Positions 42,882 through 57,366 of a stretch of DNA of 64,000 nucleotides are shown here, piece after piece (within the stretch, counting starts at the first letter, position 1; each line of letters begins with the position of its first letter). The position numbers and the translations under genes are program-made. This DNA comes from Eledone cirrhosa (lineage: Eukaryota), in the NCBI GenBank assembly GCA_964016885.1, contig OZ024743.1:33976001-34040000 (forward strand), written 5' to 3'. Below the pieces are notes generated by a model. The model was not told where the DNA came from. It did no database searches and saw only the letters and a list, made by a program, of their open reading frames with translations.

Positions 42882-45800
42882 CATTTTTGTCTGTATTCAT
42901 TTTTGTCTGTATTCAGTTTAGGCCATTTAGTAACACAATCTAATGCTTTTTTGAAAATTTTGTACTATTTTTACTTTTATTTTTGTGAAATCGATCTGGC
43001 AACTCTAGATGTGAGAAATCTATGTCTAGACGACCGTAAGAATCCTGAACCCCTACCCATGCTGTGACATATTCAATAAGTTGGCAACAGGATTTCTAAT
43101 CGTATCAACAAGGGAACTACTACTTAAATAATCCAATTTCCCTGAAATTCCACTCTCCTCTCGTTTGTAATGAAAGGATACGTTGGATATTGTAACCCTG
43201 CATAACCTCTAAAATCAGGGATGTTCATGCTTTGATCACTGGCATTCTTGATTCGGGTTAATTTGGAGCTAAACAACTACAGTATTGCTAGAGGTCCTGG
43301 AGACATCACTGAAGGTGACAGCCAAACATATCGGATGAAGGAAAAGGGTCTGATCTGTGGTTAAACAACACCAACAGCACAAACAAAAGCAATAATAGGG
43401 TCAATAACAAAGGCGATAGCTATCATCACTGTCAACAACAACGGCAGCAAAAACTTCCACAAAAGTACCAGTAACAAACTAAAAACAGATGGACTCAATG
43501 CGGTGAGATGTAGGAAAGGGCTGTAGAAACGTAAGCTTAGCACGAAAATAACATTTCTCTAAACTGGGCGTCAATGGTTGGAGAACTAATTTCGTTTTAA
43601 TTCGTACCAACTTTCAAAATTCAGTTCCCCTACTATCTTCACCACATGCATCTACAAATTTCCCAACAACCACTAACATCATCATTATCCCACCATTATA
43701 AGTAATATTACGTTCATGTTCAGTCCGGTTATCACAACGATAACAAACACAGCAATATAATACTCACATCCCATAACCTCACAATCACAGCCATTAGTAA
43801 TAATAATGTCAGTTTTGTGGTATTAGTTGTATAAATCGCAACTAATATCACAGTATTGACGCTGTATATATGGTTACAACAATATAACTACAAAGAATTG
43901 CCATTTTAAAGGCATTACCTCTCTAAACGGAGGAATACACATGGTTGTGAGAGGAAATACAATGGATTTACGTTGTATACTTTTAAGATAAGATAAAACC
44001 AATGAGTACATTTATTTAGGTCCAGATATAGATATGGAATATTATAGACAAGACGCCAACTACGACAGAAAATGCGCTTTGTGTTTATCTTAAAAAATAC
44101 CTATCCTGACATGACTATCACGTTCTAAATATACCTATCCTGACATGACTATCACGAATCCGAAATAAACTTTTGATGAAATGTTAAATGGTGAAGAACA
44201 TTTAGTAAGAGAAACTTGATAACATTAAAATCTTTTTCATTTGTTTGATGTATCAAATAAGAAATAATTCAATCCCTCAATTGCTTCACATTAAGTCCAT
44301 TATTCGCACAAAATATTTCTTAAAGATTAGTCTGTATAAATGGTATGCTCTCCATATTTTCTTCCTTTCAAACACATACATAAAATACGTTAGTGACTGA
44401 GAATACGTAGACAAAATCCAACGTATCCACTTCATCAAGTTCCATGTCACGTTAAAACCAAGTCAGAAAATGGAACTCGGAAATTGCCTCTTAGAAATAT
44501 TTAATTGAAGATGCTTCTCTTATATTGAATTAAATTAACTAAACGTTTTCACATGACATCTAAACGGTGATTCGTCTTCTCCGGTGTGACTGAATACACA
44601 CGCAAGATAATTAGGACGAAAGTTCATTGCAATGAAGAACATGTTTCAAAAGTGTTTTTGTCAAAAGTTCATATTGACATCTTAATCTTTTGTTAGCCAT
44701 TCAGCCAAACCCTATTGGGAAATCATGTAGGACTTGATCTCTTGATCTAGATTTGCATGTCAAGTGTTTGGTGGTTACTTATGTGTGTTCTGCATATTTA
44801 GAGTTAGAGCTACGGTGAGATTTGATAATATATAATTATGTGCGTGTGTGATGATATCAAAAATATATTTCACACATTTAGTGTTAGATATATGATCAAT
44901 CTTGCTCAAAGACCGTGTAGTTATTTTCTGTGGTGATGATTCGTTTAGCCAGCAAAGCAGCTTATTACATTTTGATTTGTGACTATTTTATACCCGAGTA
45001 ACCCAATCTATGTTAAAATAACTAGTTAAATCGTTGACTATATACTAGTACTATATACACGAAACTAGTACTAGTACTATATACTATATAACTAGTACTA
45101 TATACTGAAAATTATATCCATCCATCAGAATTAATCCACCACTCGATTTAACTCCATCATCCGGTATTTAGATGTCTTTAATGGAATCCACTATGTTGTA
45201 AAAATTGGAGCCAAGTCTCCAGTTTTGAAATATCCCCACCGCTCCTTCTCCGCTCCTCTACCAACCAGAGGCACCGTAAAAGGTCATGGGAACTATCATT
45301 CCCTCTCCGAGTAAACATTGGCAATATAGAGATTAGATAAGTCTGGTTAGACGGCAAAATATAGAAAGCAGAACTTAGATTGCAGAAGATACACAATAGA
45401 ATTTAAAGAACGTTATAGGCGTGTCTCCATACTTCTGCCTCTTGAACTAGACACCCAGCTCTACTTGTTTCAACTAACTATGAATCAGAAAGAAGCCAGG
45501 TCGGTATCTAGGACACTAAGTATTATGTACAATTCAAAGCTTCTTCAGAATTTTGGATGTTGTTCTCGTTGTTGTTTTATTTTTTGGTCAATATTCTGAC
45601 GTCTTCTGTAGGTCCTAAGTGCAATTAGAGAAATGGTCGGGGTGATACGAATCATAAGATGTTGACATAAATGGGACTGACCTAATTAATCCAAACTCCA
45701 ATAACACAAACAAATTTCAGAAATATTTCAGCGGAAATTACGTTAAGTATAGGAAAGAAGCAAGTGAGACAAAAGAAGAAAAAGAAGGTGGAGGTGAATG

Positions 45801-46283
45801 TGGTGAAGAAGAATAGTGATAAGGCTGTTAATGAGGAGAAAGGAGAGGAGGAAAACAAGTACGTTATTGGAGGTGGTGGTGATGATCGTGATGATCAGGA
45901 TAATTGAAAGTTTTTAAGTGGAAATAAAATACTTTACCGAAATACGTACGCTAATTTTATCGGTAACTACGTACCAGGTACATATCTCACGTTTCCACTT
46001 TCGTGTTTTATTATTATAAATGCTTAAGAGAATCTTGAAAGTTTTTTGTGCGGTGAGGGTTGGGGTGATGGTTAAATGATGTTTGCACATTTCTAAGGTA
46101 CATTATTCCTTTTATTTTCAACAAAGCTAAAGTTGTGATCTATCTATGCAAATATATATACTTGCTCTTGATATTAATAATACTTATTACTCTGAAGACA
46201 GTATATCGCAGACAATGAGTGTCTAGAATCGTTAGAGCGTCAGAAGAGATGATCTTCAGTATATATTCAGGCTCCTTGTATTC

Positions 46284-46501
46284 TGTTATGATAGTGTGAC
46301 ACACCTGTTTTGTATATCAGTACAAAACGAGGGTAAAACCCAAGGTATTCACCTAGCATAATTCCAAGCTACCAACGAGAGATTACAACGAGACTCCGTA
46401 CACACAATTCCCCAGAAAATTCTCTTCAGTTCTTATTTATATAGTTTCGCCTAGTCTACGTTTCGATACGCGGGGGTATTCAGGGTTTTTCCCCCACAAC
46501 A
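46284..46501. mobile_element. Putative solo LTR inserted into a SINE
   Basis: TGTTATG...CACAACA termini and a tattc/cattc TSD; a degenerate SINE head lies before it and the B box/core resumes at 46502. Confidence 0.6.
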
Positions 46502-46749
46502 CATTCAGAGTTCAAATCCCGCCAAGATCAGTTTGCCTTTCATCCTTCTCCAGTCGATAAATGAAATACCACCAATCTAGGAAGGTTGACGAAGGACTAG
46601 AGGAAACCTTAGCTGAGTCTTCTCTGTTGCAAGCATTCGAGCCACGTTTTCGATTTGGGTATACCTTCTTCCCCACTTCTCTCTTCCTCTCACAGGGCTT
46701 GGCAAGCTTGCAAAAGGTCAAAGGCACTGCCCTTCCGCCAGATTAAGTG

Positions 46750-46922
46750 ATAATGGTTTGTAGTATAGGCACAAGGCCAGTAATTTGGGGGGAGGGTAAA
46801 GTCGATTAAATCGACCCCAGTACGTTACTGGTGCTTTATTTTATCGACCCCGTAAGGATGAAAGGCAAAGTTAACCTCGGCGGGATTTGAACTCAGATCA
46901 TAAAGGGCCGTAACTCTATGCT
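46750..46922 (-). mobile_element. SINE (main family)
   Basis: Consensus match. Confidence 0.88.
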
Positions 46923-47154
46923 GATGAAAATAGTTTCAGCCAGCCGAACATACAACTGTCAAGTGGTTAAATAGTTGACATTGGCCATACCTATTCCGGC
47001 AATTGAAAACAACATTAATGATAATATTCACATTTTCTGTAGTGATGAATATCTGCTTAAATAATTGCATTCTTATATTTAAACATAATCTTGATCCGGC
47101 TTCGATTGCTAGTTTCTCTCGGCCATTTCATTTGCATTATTATTTAGTCTGGAA

Positions 47155-47323
47155 AGGTGCATTGCCAGTATCGGTAGAAGGTCGCACGCCATGCTTTGAC
47201 GCATAGAGTTCAAATCCCGCCAAGGTTAACTTTGTCTTTCATCCTTACGGGGTCGATGAAATGAAGTACCAGTAATACACTGGGATAATTGCTGGCCTTG
47301 TGCCAAAAGTAGAAACAATTATT
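47155..47323 (+). mobile_element. SINE (main family) with TSD
   Basis: Flanked by attatttagtctgga direct repeats. Confidence 0.9.
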
Positions 47324-47385
47324 ATTTAGTCTGGACATTCATTATCTGTGATATACTCTCTTCAGAGTAATATTATAAATATCAA

Positions 47386-47580
47386 GGATGGTAGATTGGC
47401 AGTATCGGTAGAGAGCCGGACGCCATGCTTTGCAACATAGAGTTACGGCCCTTTATGGTCTGAGTTCAAATCCCGTCGAGGTTAACTTTGCCTTTCATCG
47501 TTACGGGGTCGATAAAATAAAGTACCAGTAAAGAACTGGTATAATTTCTGGCCTTGTGCCAAAAGTAGAAACGATTATTA
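47386..47580 (+). mobile_element. SINE (main family), full length
   Basis: TGGCAGTATCGG A box, GAGTTCAAATCC B box, core and tail. Confidence 0.92.
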
Positions 47581-50069
47581 TATAGTCAATGCTAACTTGT
47601 TGTGTGTAAGTCACTAGCTTCTGTATCTGAAAAGTATGTTATGCTGAAGGTTAATGTCAGTTTTTACGTTATTTATTAGTTGCAACCGTCGTTCTCGTGT
47701 AATAAGAATGCCAACTTGTAGTAGATATTGTCAGAGTTGGGGTGGGGTAGAACTCAGAATTTCAAGCTAATAAAACCCTCTTCAGTGAATTACACCTCCA
47801 CGTTAAACTTCAACGGGTTCTCTATGTTGTCACTCAACCTGCTAGAAATAGCAGTCAAATCGCTTCGGAATCACACTCTACTGTCTTAAAAGGAAGAACA
47901 CATTCGATAATATAATCTTTGATATATTATGTCTAGAAAAGAAAGAGCATAGTCAAGACAAGAACACATTTGATCATAGGTGTATTTGAGCAGAGTGGAT
48001 CAGCGGCTAAACCATACTTTCCACCGCCAGATGGGTTGAACTATGCATGTTACGAGTCTTTATTAATGCGGATAGAAGAATGAGAACCGCTATTCCTTTC
48101 GACCAGCAAGGCATCATTTTAACAACTTAACTAATAAGTCTTTCATAATATTTAGATTTATCGAGAAGATAAAGATAATTTAATTTAAATCTACTGTACA
48201 AATAATATTTAGGTAAACAGATATAAAATGTTGTGTACAATATGGCAAGATGGTGACAGTGATAATACAGCCAGAAATACTGAATTTCCTTAAGTCTGAT
48301 AATCGAAACAAGGAATTGTCAGTCATGTGATTGCTTAGTTATCACTGTCACTCATAGATCAAACGACTCAAACAATATATTTGTGTCAAGTAGTTATGAA
48401 AACACAAATATGTGACAGTTACAAATTCATTTTTACATGTAAATTCTTAAAGAAAAGTTAAGAATATTAAGTGACACAGTCTAAGACGTGGTTGTTGTTT
48501 CAGTTTCCGATTGAAGTCATTTCAGTTTGTTTACTCTACCAATACTTTAAGGAGAGGCATAAACATCAAATTCTAATTTCCTATTCCGCTAATTATTTAG
48601 CTTTCGTTATAAATTAAGTGTTAAGATTTTAATGCAATTGTACGTAATTGTAGCCTTCAATTTAAGAACTTAGAATGGAAAAACACACTGCATTGTAATC
48701 GATACAACAGCGAAGTGGCAATTTGGGCTCTAACGCAGCTTTGGTTTTAAAGGAACTTTAAAAGTGAAGATAAACAGATATTTTCCGAAGTGACTATCCC
48801 TCAGAAAAGCTGAAAATCCTGTCACACCGATGATATATTTACACCAGATGTGTTATTTATTTAATTTCGTCATCGGGGAGGGTGGGTACTAATCTGGAGA
48901 TAACTGAAATACACTTTTCACCTCGTATTTAGAAAGATTGACAAAGTTTCTAGATATTATTTTGTGTTTTGTTTTGCAACCCCCTAGTTCATCTCATGGT
49001 TTATTGGCTCCTCGTGGTATAGGAGGGGCGTCGAGTGTAATATGGCGTGGCTCCAGCATTTAAACCTGACGGAACCTTTCCAGAGAAAGAGAGAGACAGC
49101 GAGTAAGGGGTAGGAAGTAAGAAATAGATATAGAGGAAGAATCGACTCTAATACTCGACTAATACTTAATTTATCAACCTTCAAAGGATAAAAGGCAAAG
49201 TTGACTTTGATAGGTTTTGAACTCAGAGAGGTGGAGCGAATACTGCAAATAATTCTCACCGACTTTCTTATAACTTTGCCAGTTTGCTACATCCACAAAT
49301 TCTAGTTACAGAAATGAAACCATCAGCAATATTTTCCATTCACCATTAGTCCCAGAGCTCCTGTACTGTTTTATGGAAAAATTCATAAAATATAAATTAA
49401 GAAAGGCATGAAAAAAAACGACCCCGCAAAACTGACGAATTCTACGGTGGTGTGGGTTGTAGTAGCTGGTTGAAAGAAACAGTTTAAGGAGACAATTTGG
49501 AGAAAGGGACAACGAGGAAAAATATGTTAAGATTTATTTGTTTGGAGAATGTGAGACTATGGTCTGGACATACATGTATAAACTACAAAAAAGTTTCATA
49601 ACTTTAAAAACGGGTGATAAGGATACATATAGTCATCATAATAGGGTGGCGAGAAAAGGGAAAAAAATCAATTTATATATATATTTCCAATTTGATGTAT
49701 TAGGTCGGATAACTTACAACGACGACAAAAGTAATAGAGACATTTGAACATAGAGAACTATAATGATTGCGTTATCAGACTACGTAGAGAAACGACATCA
49801 GGATAACATGGAGAGCTGCCTTCTAAAGAAAAATATTTAGACAAAAAACAAAATTTAAGGATTTTAGCAACAGCAGCTAGGGAAAAGTGATAAATATTTT
49901 GTGGCGGCTCTGTCGTCTGAACAATACACAAGTACTCTATTGTGAGTACTGGACATTGATTATTAGAAATAAATTCACTGCGGTAGGAGTTTATTGAAAC
50001 GGCTTCGATTTCCAATTCATTTCATTAAAAAAAAACGAAACATGAATATCACACCTTCTTTTACGCGTC

Positions 50070-50232
50070 GGATACTCTGCGTTCTATGTTCAAATCCCGT
50101 TGAAGTTAGCTTTGCCTTTCATCCTTACGGGATCGATAAAATAAAGTACCAGTCACGCACTGGGGTCGATTTAATCGACTTTCTCCTCCCTCAAAATTGC
50201 TGGCCTTGTGCCTAAATCAGAAATCAATATTA
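50070..50232 (+). mobile_element. SINE (main family)
   Basis: Consensus match. Confidence 0.88.
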
Positions 50233-51915
50233 AAATAATGTTAGGAAATGAATGAGTTGTAACCTTGTTCTACAACAGTTTGGAGGATTATAATTAATAA
50301 AGAAAGCACATAGCTTTAACAAACGAAAGCTTGCCATTCTGCACCATAATATTTGATGTAGGAGAACTGTACTTCTTTCTGTTACACTGCCTGCATATCA
50401 GTCATTACAAATTATTTGGGGGCGTATACAGCAAGCTGGGTTATAAGATGCCAAAACTAATGAAATGCAATAATACCAGAATCGTGATGCCATACTTTTC
50501 AGATTTGAATTGCGTGCTCTTGTTATAGATTGGGGATCGATAAACGTTCTTGGAGGCGGACCTGATTCGAAATGTTTTTTATGTCTTGCCGATCAATGAT
50601 TGATTAAGAAAACAAATAATATTTGTATGTAACGTCAATGAAGTCGTGGGCCAGATTTGGCTTGTGGATTGTAGTCATTGATGTTTTAGGCTAACAATAG
50701 TTCCTGGTCATATGCAGAAACTATTTATTCATATGCTCTTTAGAACGTTATGTAATACCACAGTGCAAAATGATAATTTTTCTTTCAATCAATAAATATC
50801 AAACAACTAACTTTTACTGATACACAATCATTTTATAGAACAGTGTTAGCAATTCTGTACCCCTTACAGATCGGCCTCAATTTTCTGATCGTACCCCCCG
50901 CCTGTTTTTGAAATACCATCTGTTTCTGTTAAATATGATACTTCAATGTTGACCTAGTTCTTAGTTCTAACGTCTAATAACAATACGCACACCTCTGATA
51001 AATAGTGCTTATTCAGCAAAAGACCAAATTCTAACCCGATTATAAGGTTCAACGGGAGACTGTCGAGAAAAATAATGATTAAAATATCTGACCTACACCT
51101 GACACCCAGCAATGGATCTCCCAGGCTCTGAAACATGTGGTATCTTTATTGTTTGCTTTATATTTTAATAGTAGTGTAGTGATCATATTGCTCCACCCCC
51201 TACAGTAGAAAGCAATATCTGTTACGAACAATATCCACCCAACACTTTTCTTTTTATTTCATTCGCCTTTCCCTTCGCCTTTCTTTTCCGTTTGTTTTTC
51301 TCCCCCCTCCCCCTTTTTAACTTTCTTTCTTAACAAACACGTCCCTTCAAAAAATATTTTACAGCCCTAAATTTGTCCAGGTGCTTCCATAAGTACACCA
51401 GCAGATCACTATTCATTATTTTCGCATTACCTCGGCAAATTACGAGGCCTTGTTTATATTGGAAAGTCATGGTCTAACTAACAGATACCAGGCAAATACT
51501 AATCACACAAGATGGGGTTTATCAACTACAGATGCCAATGTTCACAAATAATTGTTTCTGCTTTTGGCAAAAGGCCAGCAATCTGAAGGGAAGGGAAAAG
51601 TCGATTAAATTGACCTCAGTGCATTAGGGTTAGGGCATCGATCGGCTCTATGGATCCTGTACCTCAATCTCAATCTCAGTCTATCAAAATTTCATTCAGG
51701 ATGTTTTATTGGAATAAGAACTGACACGAGTACTTGATTGCTATTTTTCTCAACCTCCCCCGGAAAGATAAAAAGCAAAGTCGGCCTATATGTTTCGGAA
51801 ATAGATTAGCTTAGCTATCTATATCAGTTGAAAATAGAATTATGTTTAACGAATAAAGATTGTGTCTGTGGGCAGACATATGTATGAAATTGATCAACTT
51901 GTATTTTATTCCTAA

Positions 51916-52110
51916 TTAATAATTGTTTCTACGTTAGGCACAAGGCCAATAATTACCCAGTGCATTACTGGTACTTTATTTTATCGACCCCCTAAGGATG
52001 AAAGGCAAAGTTAACCTTGGCGGGATTTGAACTCAGAATGGCAAGGGCCGTAACTCTATACGTCAAAGCATGGCGTCCGACCCTCTACCAATACTGCCAA
52101 TCCACCTCCC
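51916..52110 (-). mobile_element. SINE (main family), full length, with TSD
   Basis: tcctaattaataat on both sides. Confidence 0.92.
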
Positions 52111-53465
52111 TCCTAATTAATAATAATTGGCAGTAATTGCCAGGGATGGGGTGATTAGCCTTGTGAACTTCCTTAAAACGCGACGGCGAATTTCGCAGTC
52201 GTGCGTAGGATAAATTACCACGCGGTGACTGTTCCAGATATGTTTGCTCTAAATTTGAAGATCAACTTTGCCTTCGGGGTCAATAAAATGAAGTACCAAC
52301 CCAGAGCAGTGAATTGGTAGGAGCCTTGAAAAAATAAAAAAGGCACGCGCTGACCTTCCCTCCTTTATTAAACGATGAGAAAATATGGAGTGTAATATCT
52401 ACACATCTTCACGAAACGTATGTGAAGTAAAATAACTGCAGCCTGGAATTCAAATCAAGTTATAAACTAATCTTGATGGAAATTTCTCTCTATTCTAGGA
52501 AGTTTCTCGTGTTAGGTACCCTGTCAGTCTGTTGATATTTTTCTTGCTTCTTTCGAACAAAAGGTGATCTATTAACTGGAACCGTTCCGAAATAGATTCC
52601 TTCTATTTCTATGTATACACACTAAGTTCTTTTAACAAGAGTCAAAGAAGAAGCCCAGAATATAACCAATATCCTCTGTATTCAATTTAATATTACTATT
52701 GTTATTGTTGCCGTTGTTATTATTTTTTGTTTGGCGTCAGTAAGAATTCCGAACGAATTGGAATATCAAATTTTATTTTATGCAAAATACTCTCATTATA
52801 TTCTTTTTGAATTTTTAGTCTTTGGAGCTTTTGAGTGTCCACCCTGCTTATCTTACGGTAGAAAAAATATAGTTGTTGGATAATTTATTTTGTAGACATT
52901 GGTTTATTTGAATAACAATGTAGTTTCGTCGTCTGTGGAAACGTTAAGAGGCTTACACGTCACCAAGATTTTCGAAGAAAAGTTTGTTTAAAATTGTGAA
53001 AAAGTAAAAACTGTTTAAAAACTGAGAAATAGAAAAAAATTTGACAATAAGACAAACAGATGCAATTACAAACACAGACATTGGTTCTTCGGAAAACACA
53101 CACAGAAAACCCAAACAAACGCATTTATAACGTGAATACAGACGCTGAGCAATGTAAACGACAAAAAAAAAAATAGCTTTGATATTGTCACGAGACACTT
53201 TCTTGTATCAATTTTCCAAATTTTTATGATTAATCTATAAAATGTTCGTATAGTTTAAAGTACCAGCTAAGGTGGTAAGTTGACGGAATTGTTAGTGTCA
53301 GATGTTACATCAACTATGTCACTGTATAGGGTTTTGTTTTTCTCTTGGATGGGGTGAGGGACTTGCATGCCTACATGACAACTAGTCCTTCAGGCTGTTC
53401 TGTTGATCACATCACCTGGAACACTCGTCATTGAAACCGACGGAGGTTCAAAACACACACACAGT

Positions 53466-53608
53466 CAGTGCCGTATTTACAATTGTGCTTAGGTGTGCTT
53501 AAGCTCAGAGCCTCATTACAAAAAATATGTTTACCTCTTTCAGGGCCCAAGTAAGGGGCCTCATAACTTAACTAGCACAAGGCCTCATTTGTCCTAAACC
53601 CGGCACTG
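53466..53608. mobile_element. hAT-type MITE
   Basis: TIR CAGTGCCG/CGGCACTG; 8-bp TSD cacacagt/cacagagt. Confidence 0.75.
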
Positions 53609-54449
53609 CACAGAGTGCTTACAGAGCATGGGAGTGTTATATATTAAAGAATACATTCAATAGCGTAAAATTAAAAGCAATTTAAGAATTAATATATAGT
53701 ACGCAGTAATTGAAAAAAAAAGTCTAGATAAATAAACTACCATTCTAACGTGGAAGATTATTACTACTACTGCTGCCATTTCAAATTTATTTCGGTTGAA
53801 TATTTTCTTTCGAAAACGTTTATCAAATTCAAAAATTTAGCTCGTTGTTTTCTTTCTTCGTTAATTTTCAAGGGTCATTCACTTGAATAAATACATTCGT
53901 TTTTTAGATAGACATGAAGCCTCAGTTAAACTTCCGTTCACATAAACACGTGCATTTATACATACATTTTCACAGACCTATCAATTCTCCCCATCCGACC
54001 GAGAGGTCTCCCACCCACTATGGAGTGGGTGAAAGATGTCTTCTCTTGTGAAAATGGGTATAGCTTTCATTATGAAAAATCTCCCCATTTTGCCCCATTT
54101 CTCCTCATTTTGGGGCACTTTGTGTTCAAATCCCTTCAAGGGCAACTTTACGTTTCATTCTTTTGAAGTCGATTAATAAAATACTCCCCCTCTCTTCCTT
54201 CCTCTGGAAGAAATCCACTGTGTTCAGAGCTGGTTTTGAATTACCCAAGATCCACTGTGTATCAGGAGGGCCTATGATTCCATCATGAGTTAAGGACTCT
54301 TTACCTAAATCAGATGGGATGATTTAAGTTACCAGCAACCAATCCCTGAAAAATAGTTGAATTAATTAAATAAGCCTAGTTTTCTATTTCTTTCCATGTC
54401 ATTGGATGAGGTACAGTGACTTTTTTTAAGAATGGAAGAATTTCGTTGG

Positions 54450-54754
54450 AGGAAATGAATCTATAATGGCGGGTTGTTGACATTAGAGACGAACTGAATT
54501 TTAGTTGTAAAGAATATGTAATCATGCCGAATTTTGTAATGTGTTAAGGAGTGTTTGTGGATAGAAGTGATTGACAAAAAGTCATTCAAGAAAGAATGGA
54601 ACCTTGAAATGACCCGGGTGAATAGAAAACTTCTATGAATATGTCATAGTCATACGATATTTAACAGATCGTATTTTATTGTGGGAATGTAGAACACTAG
54701 TGAGTAAAATGATTGAGGCAGTAGAAAGAGGGGTGGTAATAATGTAAAGGCGAT

Positions 54755-54826
<72 letters not shown>

Positions 54827-56250
54827 TAGTTAATAGAGGGGAAAGACGAAAGAAGACACACAGATTGATTGGCAAAATGAGAGAGAAACACGATAGATTC
54901 AATGTCTTATATATAGACTGTCCATAATATAGAGTATTTAAAGAGGAAACAAAAGGATCTGGTCATCAGATTGGACAAAGGCAACAATGTTTCTATTGGT
55001 CTTTCCATTGCGGATGTTATATGCCGGTTGCAACTCCTAACAGAAGGAGCAGGGATTCACCTCCCCTCAACAAAAGTGAAAGCATTTGTAATCTGAAAGC
55101 TTCTGGGTGAAAGCGTTGAGCTGCTTCATTGTCCTAAATTATGATTAGAGGATTTACAACTGGTTTCTTGACCACGAGGTTCAGGCAATCTCTAGTTAGA
55201 GAACTTAGTAAACAACCAATCCAGACATTGGAGTTTGAGGAGTTGGACAAACGATGCACTGAAGGGAAATTTGATGGGACCTTCTTTTAGTGCTGAGAAT
55301 GGATGGCTTCCGAGATACAGTTACTGCTTGGGTAGTTATGCACTATGCACCAGGTTTCTACTTAACGATGTCGTAATATAATCACTCTCATCGCAATGTT
55401 TACAAACGGATCTTGTGAAGTGAGGATGTTTAATATCCCAGATCGTCGGTTGAAGGGAAAAGAATTAGTGTGTCAGAAATGAATAGTGGCATAATTAAAT
55501 CAAATCAACGCGGCGCTTTAATTTTACTCAGAAGTTTCAGTTTGCTAAAAAGTTTTCAGGTTTGTTAGGAAGAAAGTTTGAATTTCTGATATCCAACGAG
55601 AATGATTTAGGGGTAATTTGTTAGCGTTGAAGAAGGGGGGGGGGGGGGGGGTTAATGAAGCGACAGAAAGTAGCGTAGGAGTTCGTTTTTGCGGGAAGAA
55701 TATTACTAATAGGGTATTCTGTATTAGGTAAGAGAGGGTAGGATGGTTGATCTATATAAATTAGATTATGTTTTTGGTAAGGGAATGGAATACATAATTA
55801 CAGTTTTGGGAAAAGAGGGAAGATCTTTTGGCTGCGTGACAAATGAAATTATCATGGCAACATAATATTAACATTGTCAAACAGTTTTCAGCAAGTCCTC
55901 ATTTTTCACACTTACATCATATCTCTTGGCAAGCCATTTTGAAGTGTTTATGTTTCCAGCTATTGAAAGATGGAAGATGCTGATTGATATTATGTACGCT
56001 GCATTTTTAAAAGTAGATTTTGAATGTTATATATTTAGGCATTTCAGTAGGGTCAGCAGGGAAGAACGTTTGTTGCCAGATGCAATCTATTCAGAATTGG
56101 CGAGATTCCGACCTACTGGAACAATGGCCAAGAAGTTCAAACTGCATGCAGATAGAGCTTTGAAGTTAGTTACAATGTAGGCTATGATATTAGACAGTGA
56201 TAAAAGGAATCAAAGTGAGCAAAGGGAGAATGACAGGGGTAAGCTTGAAT
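54450..56250 (-). mobile_element. Highly decayed CR1-like LINE ORF2
   Basis: Broken frames give Y*TSSL/TRSVCK (cf. YRPISLTSVVCK), LLKLQCL and FTRVISRFHS; many stops and frameshifts. Boundaries uncertain. Confidence 0.4.
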
Positions 56251-56639
56251 CTAGAATTAAGGAAAATGTATTATATGTGCGATGCATATATGATTAGAGA
56301 TAAGAGTGAAGGAAAGAAGAAAGTAGCTAGTGCATTTCGTTAAGAACATCAGATATTTAATCTGCTGTGTCAGATGGATCTAAGTGGTAGATTCGATATG
56401 ACTGACGTAATTATGGAGATCGAAAATACTATGAAATATAGCTAAGTGTTCAAATCTCACAGGAGCGTCTTTATCACTTCATACATCTCTTACAGAAACA
56501 CAAACCTTATGGCTTCATCAGCATGAAAGACAGGTGTTATTATTATAAGATCCTCATATATAAATGCAACATCAACGCATACACAAGTATAACTAAAACA
56601 CTGACTCAACTGTAACCTGGCATCATTATATCACAATAC

Positions 56640-56942
56640 TTTGCCTTTCATTCTTACAGGGTCGATAAAATAAAGTACCAGTAATACACTGGGATAATTG
56701 CTGGCCTTGTACCAAAAGTAGAAACAATTATATCACAATACTGAGGGCGGTGGATTGGCAGTATCGGTAGAGGGTCGGACAGCATGCTTTGCAACATAGA
56801 GTTACGGCCCTTTATGATCTGAGTTCAACTTTGCCCCCCACGGGGTCGCTAAAATAATGTACCAGTCACGCACTGGGGTCGATTTAATCGACTTTCCCCT
56901 CCCCCCAAATTGCTGGCCTTGTGCCTAAATCAGAAACAATTA
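56640..56942 (+). mobile_element. Two tandem SINE copies (truncated + full length)
   Basis: attatatcacaatact occurs three times (56625, 56727, 56939), separating the two copies. Confidence 0.9.
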
Positions 56943-57145
56943 TATCACAATACTGATCCGTCATCATCACTATCATTGTTATCGTGATCACCATTACTAT
57001 CATCACCGTCAATGATTTTCAGATTGTAATGAGTGAACTACTGTCCTATTATAGGATACTTTATTTTATCGAACCGGAAAGGATGAAATGCAAAGTTGAC
57101 TGAGATTGTAAAGACACCAAAGAAACACTGCAAAGCATTTGACAT

Positions 57146-57366
57146 AATAATAATTTCTACTATAGGCACAAGTCCAGCAATATTTGGGGAGGGGAAAGTC
57201 GATTACATCGACCCCAGTGTATTACTGGTCCTTTATTTAATTGACCACGTAAGGAAGAAAGGCAAAGTTAACCTCGGCGGGATTTGAACTCAGACCGTAA
57301 AGAGCCGTAACTCTATGCTGCAAAGCATGATGTCTGACACTGTATCGATTCTGACAATCCACCGCT
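57146..57366 (-). mobile_element. SINE (main family), full length
   Basis: Consensus match. Confidence 0.9.

Noticed and set aside
44097-44157. 26-bp direct duplication (atacctatcctgacatgactatcacg); similar one at 59604-59671
   Set aside because: Ordinary local tandem duplication with no further structure.
47386-47580. tRNA genes suggested by A/B boxes
   Set aside because: These are SINE heads: no cloverleaf, and they continue into the SINE core and tail.
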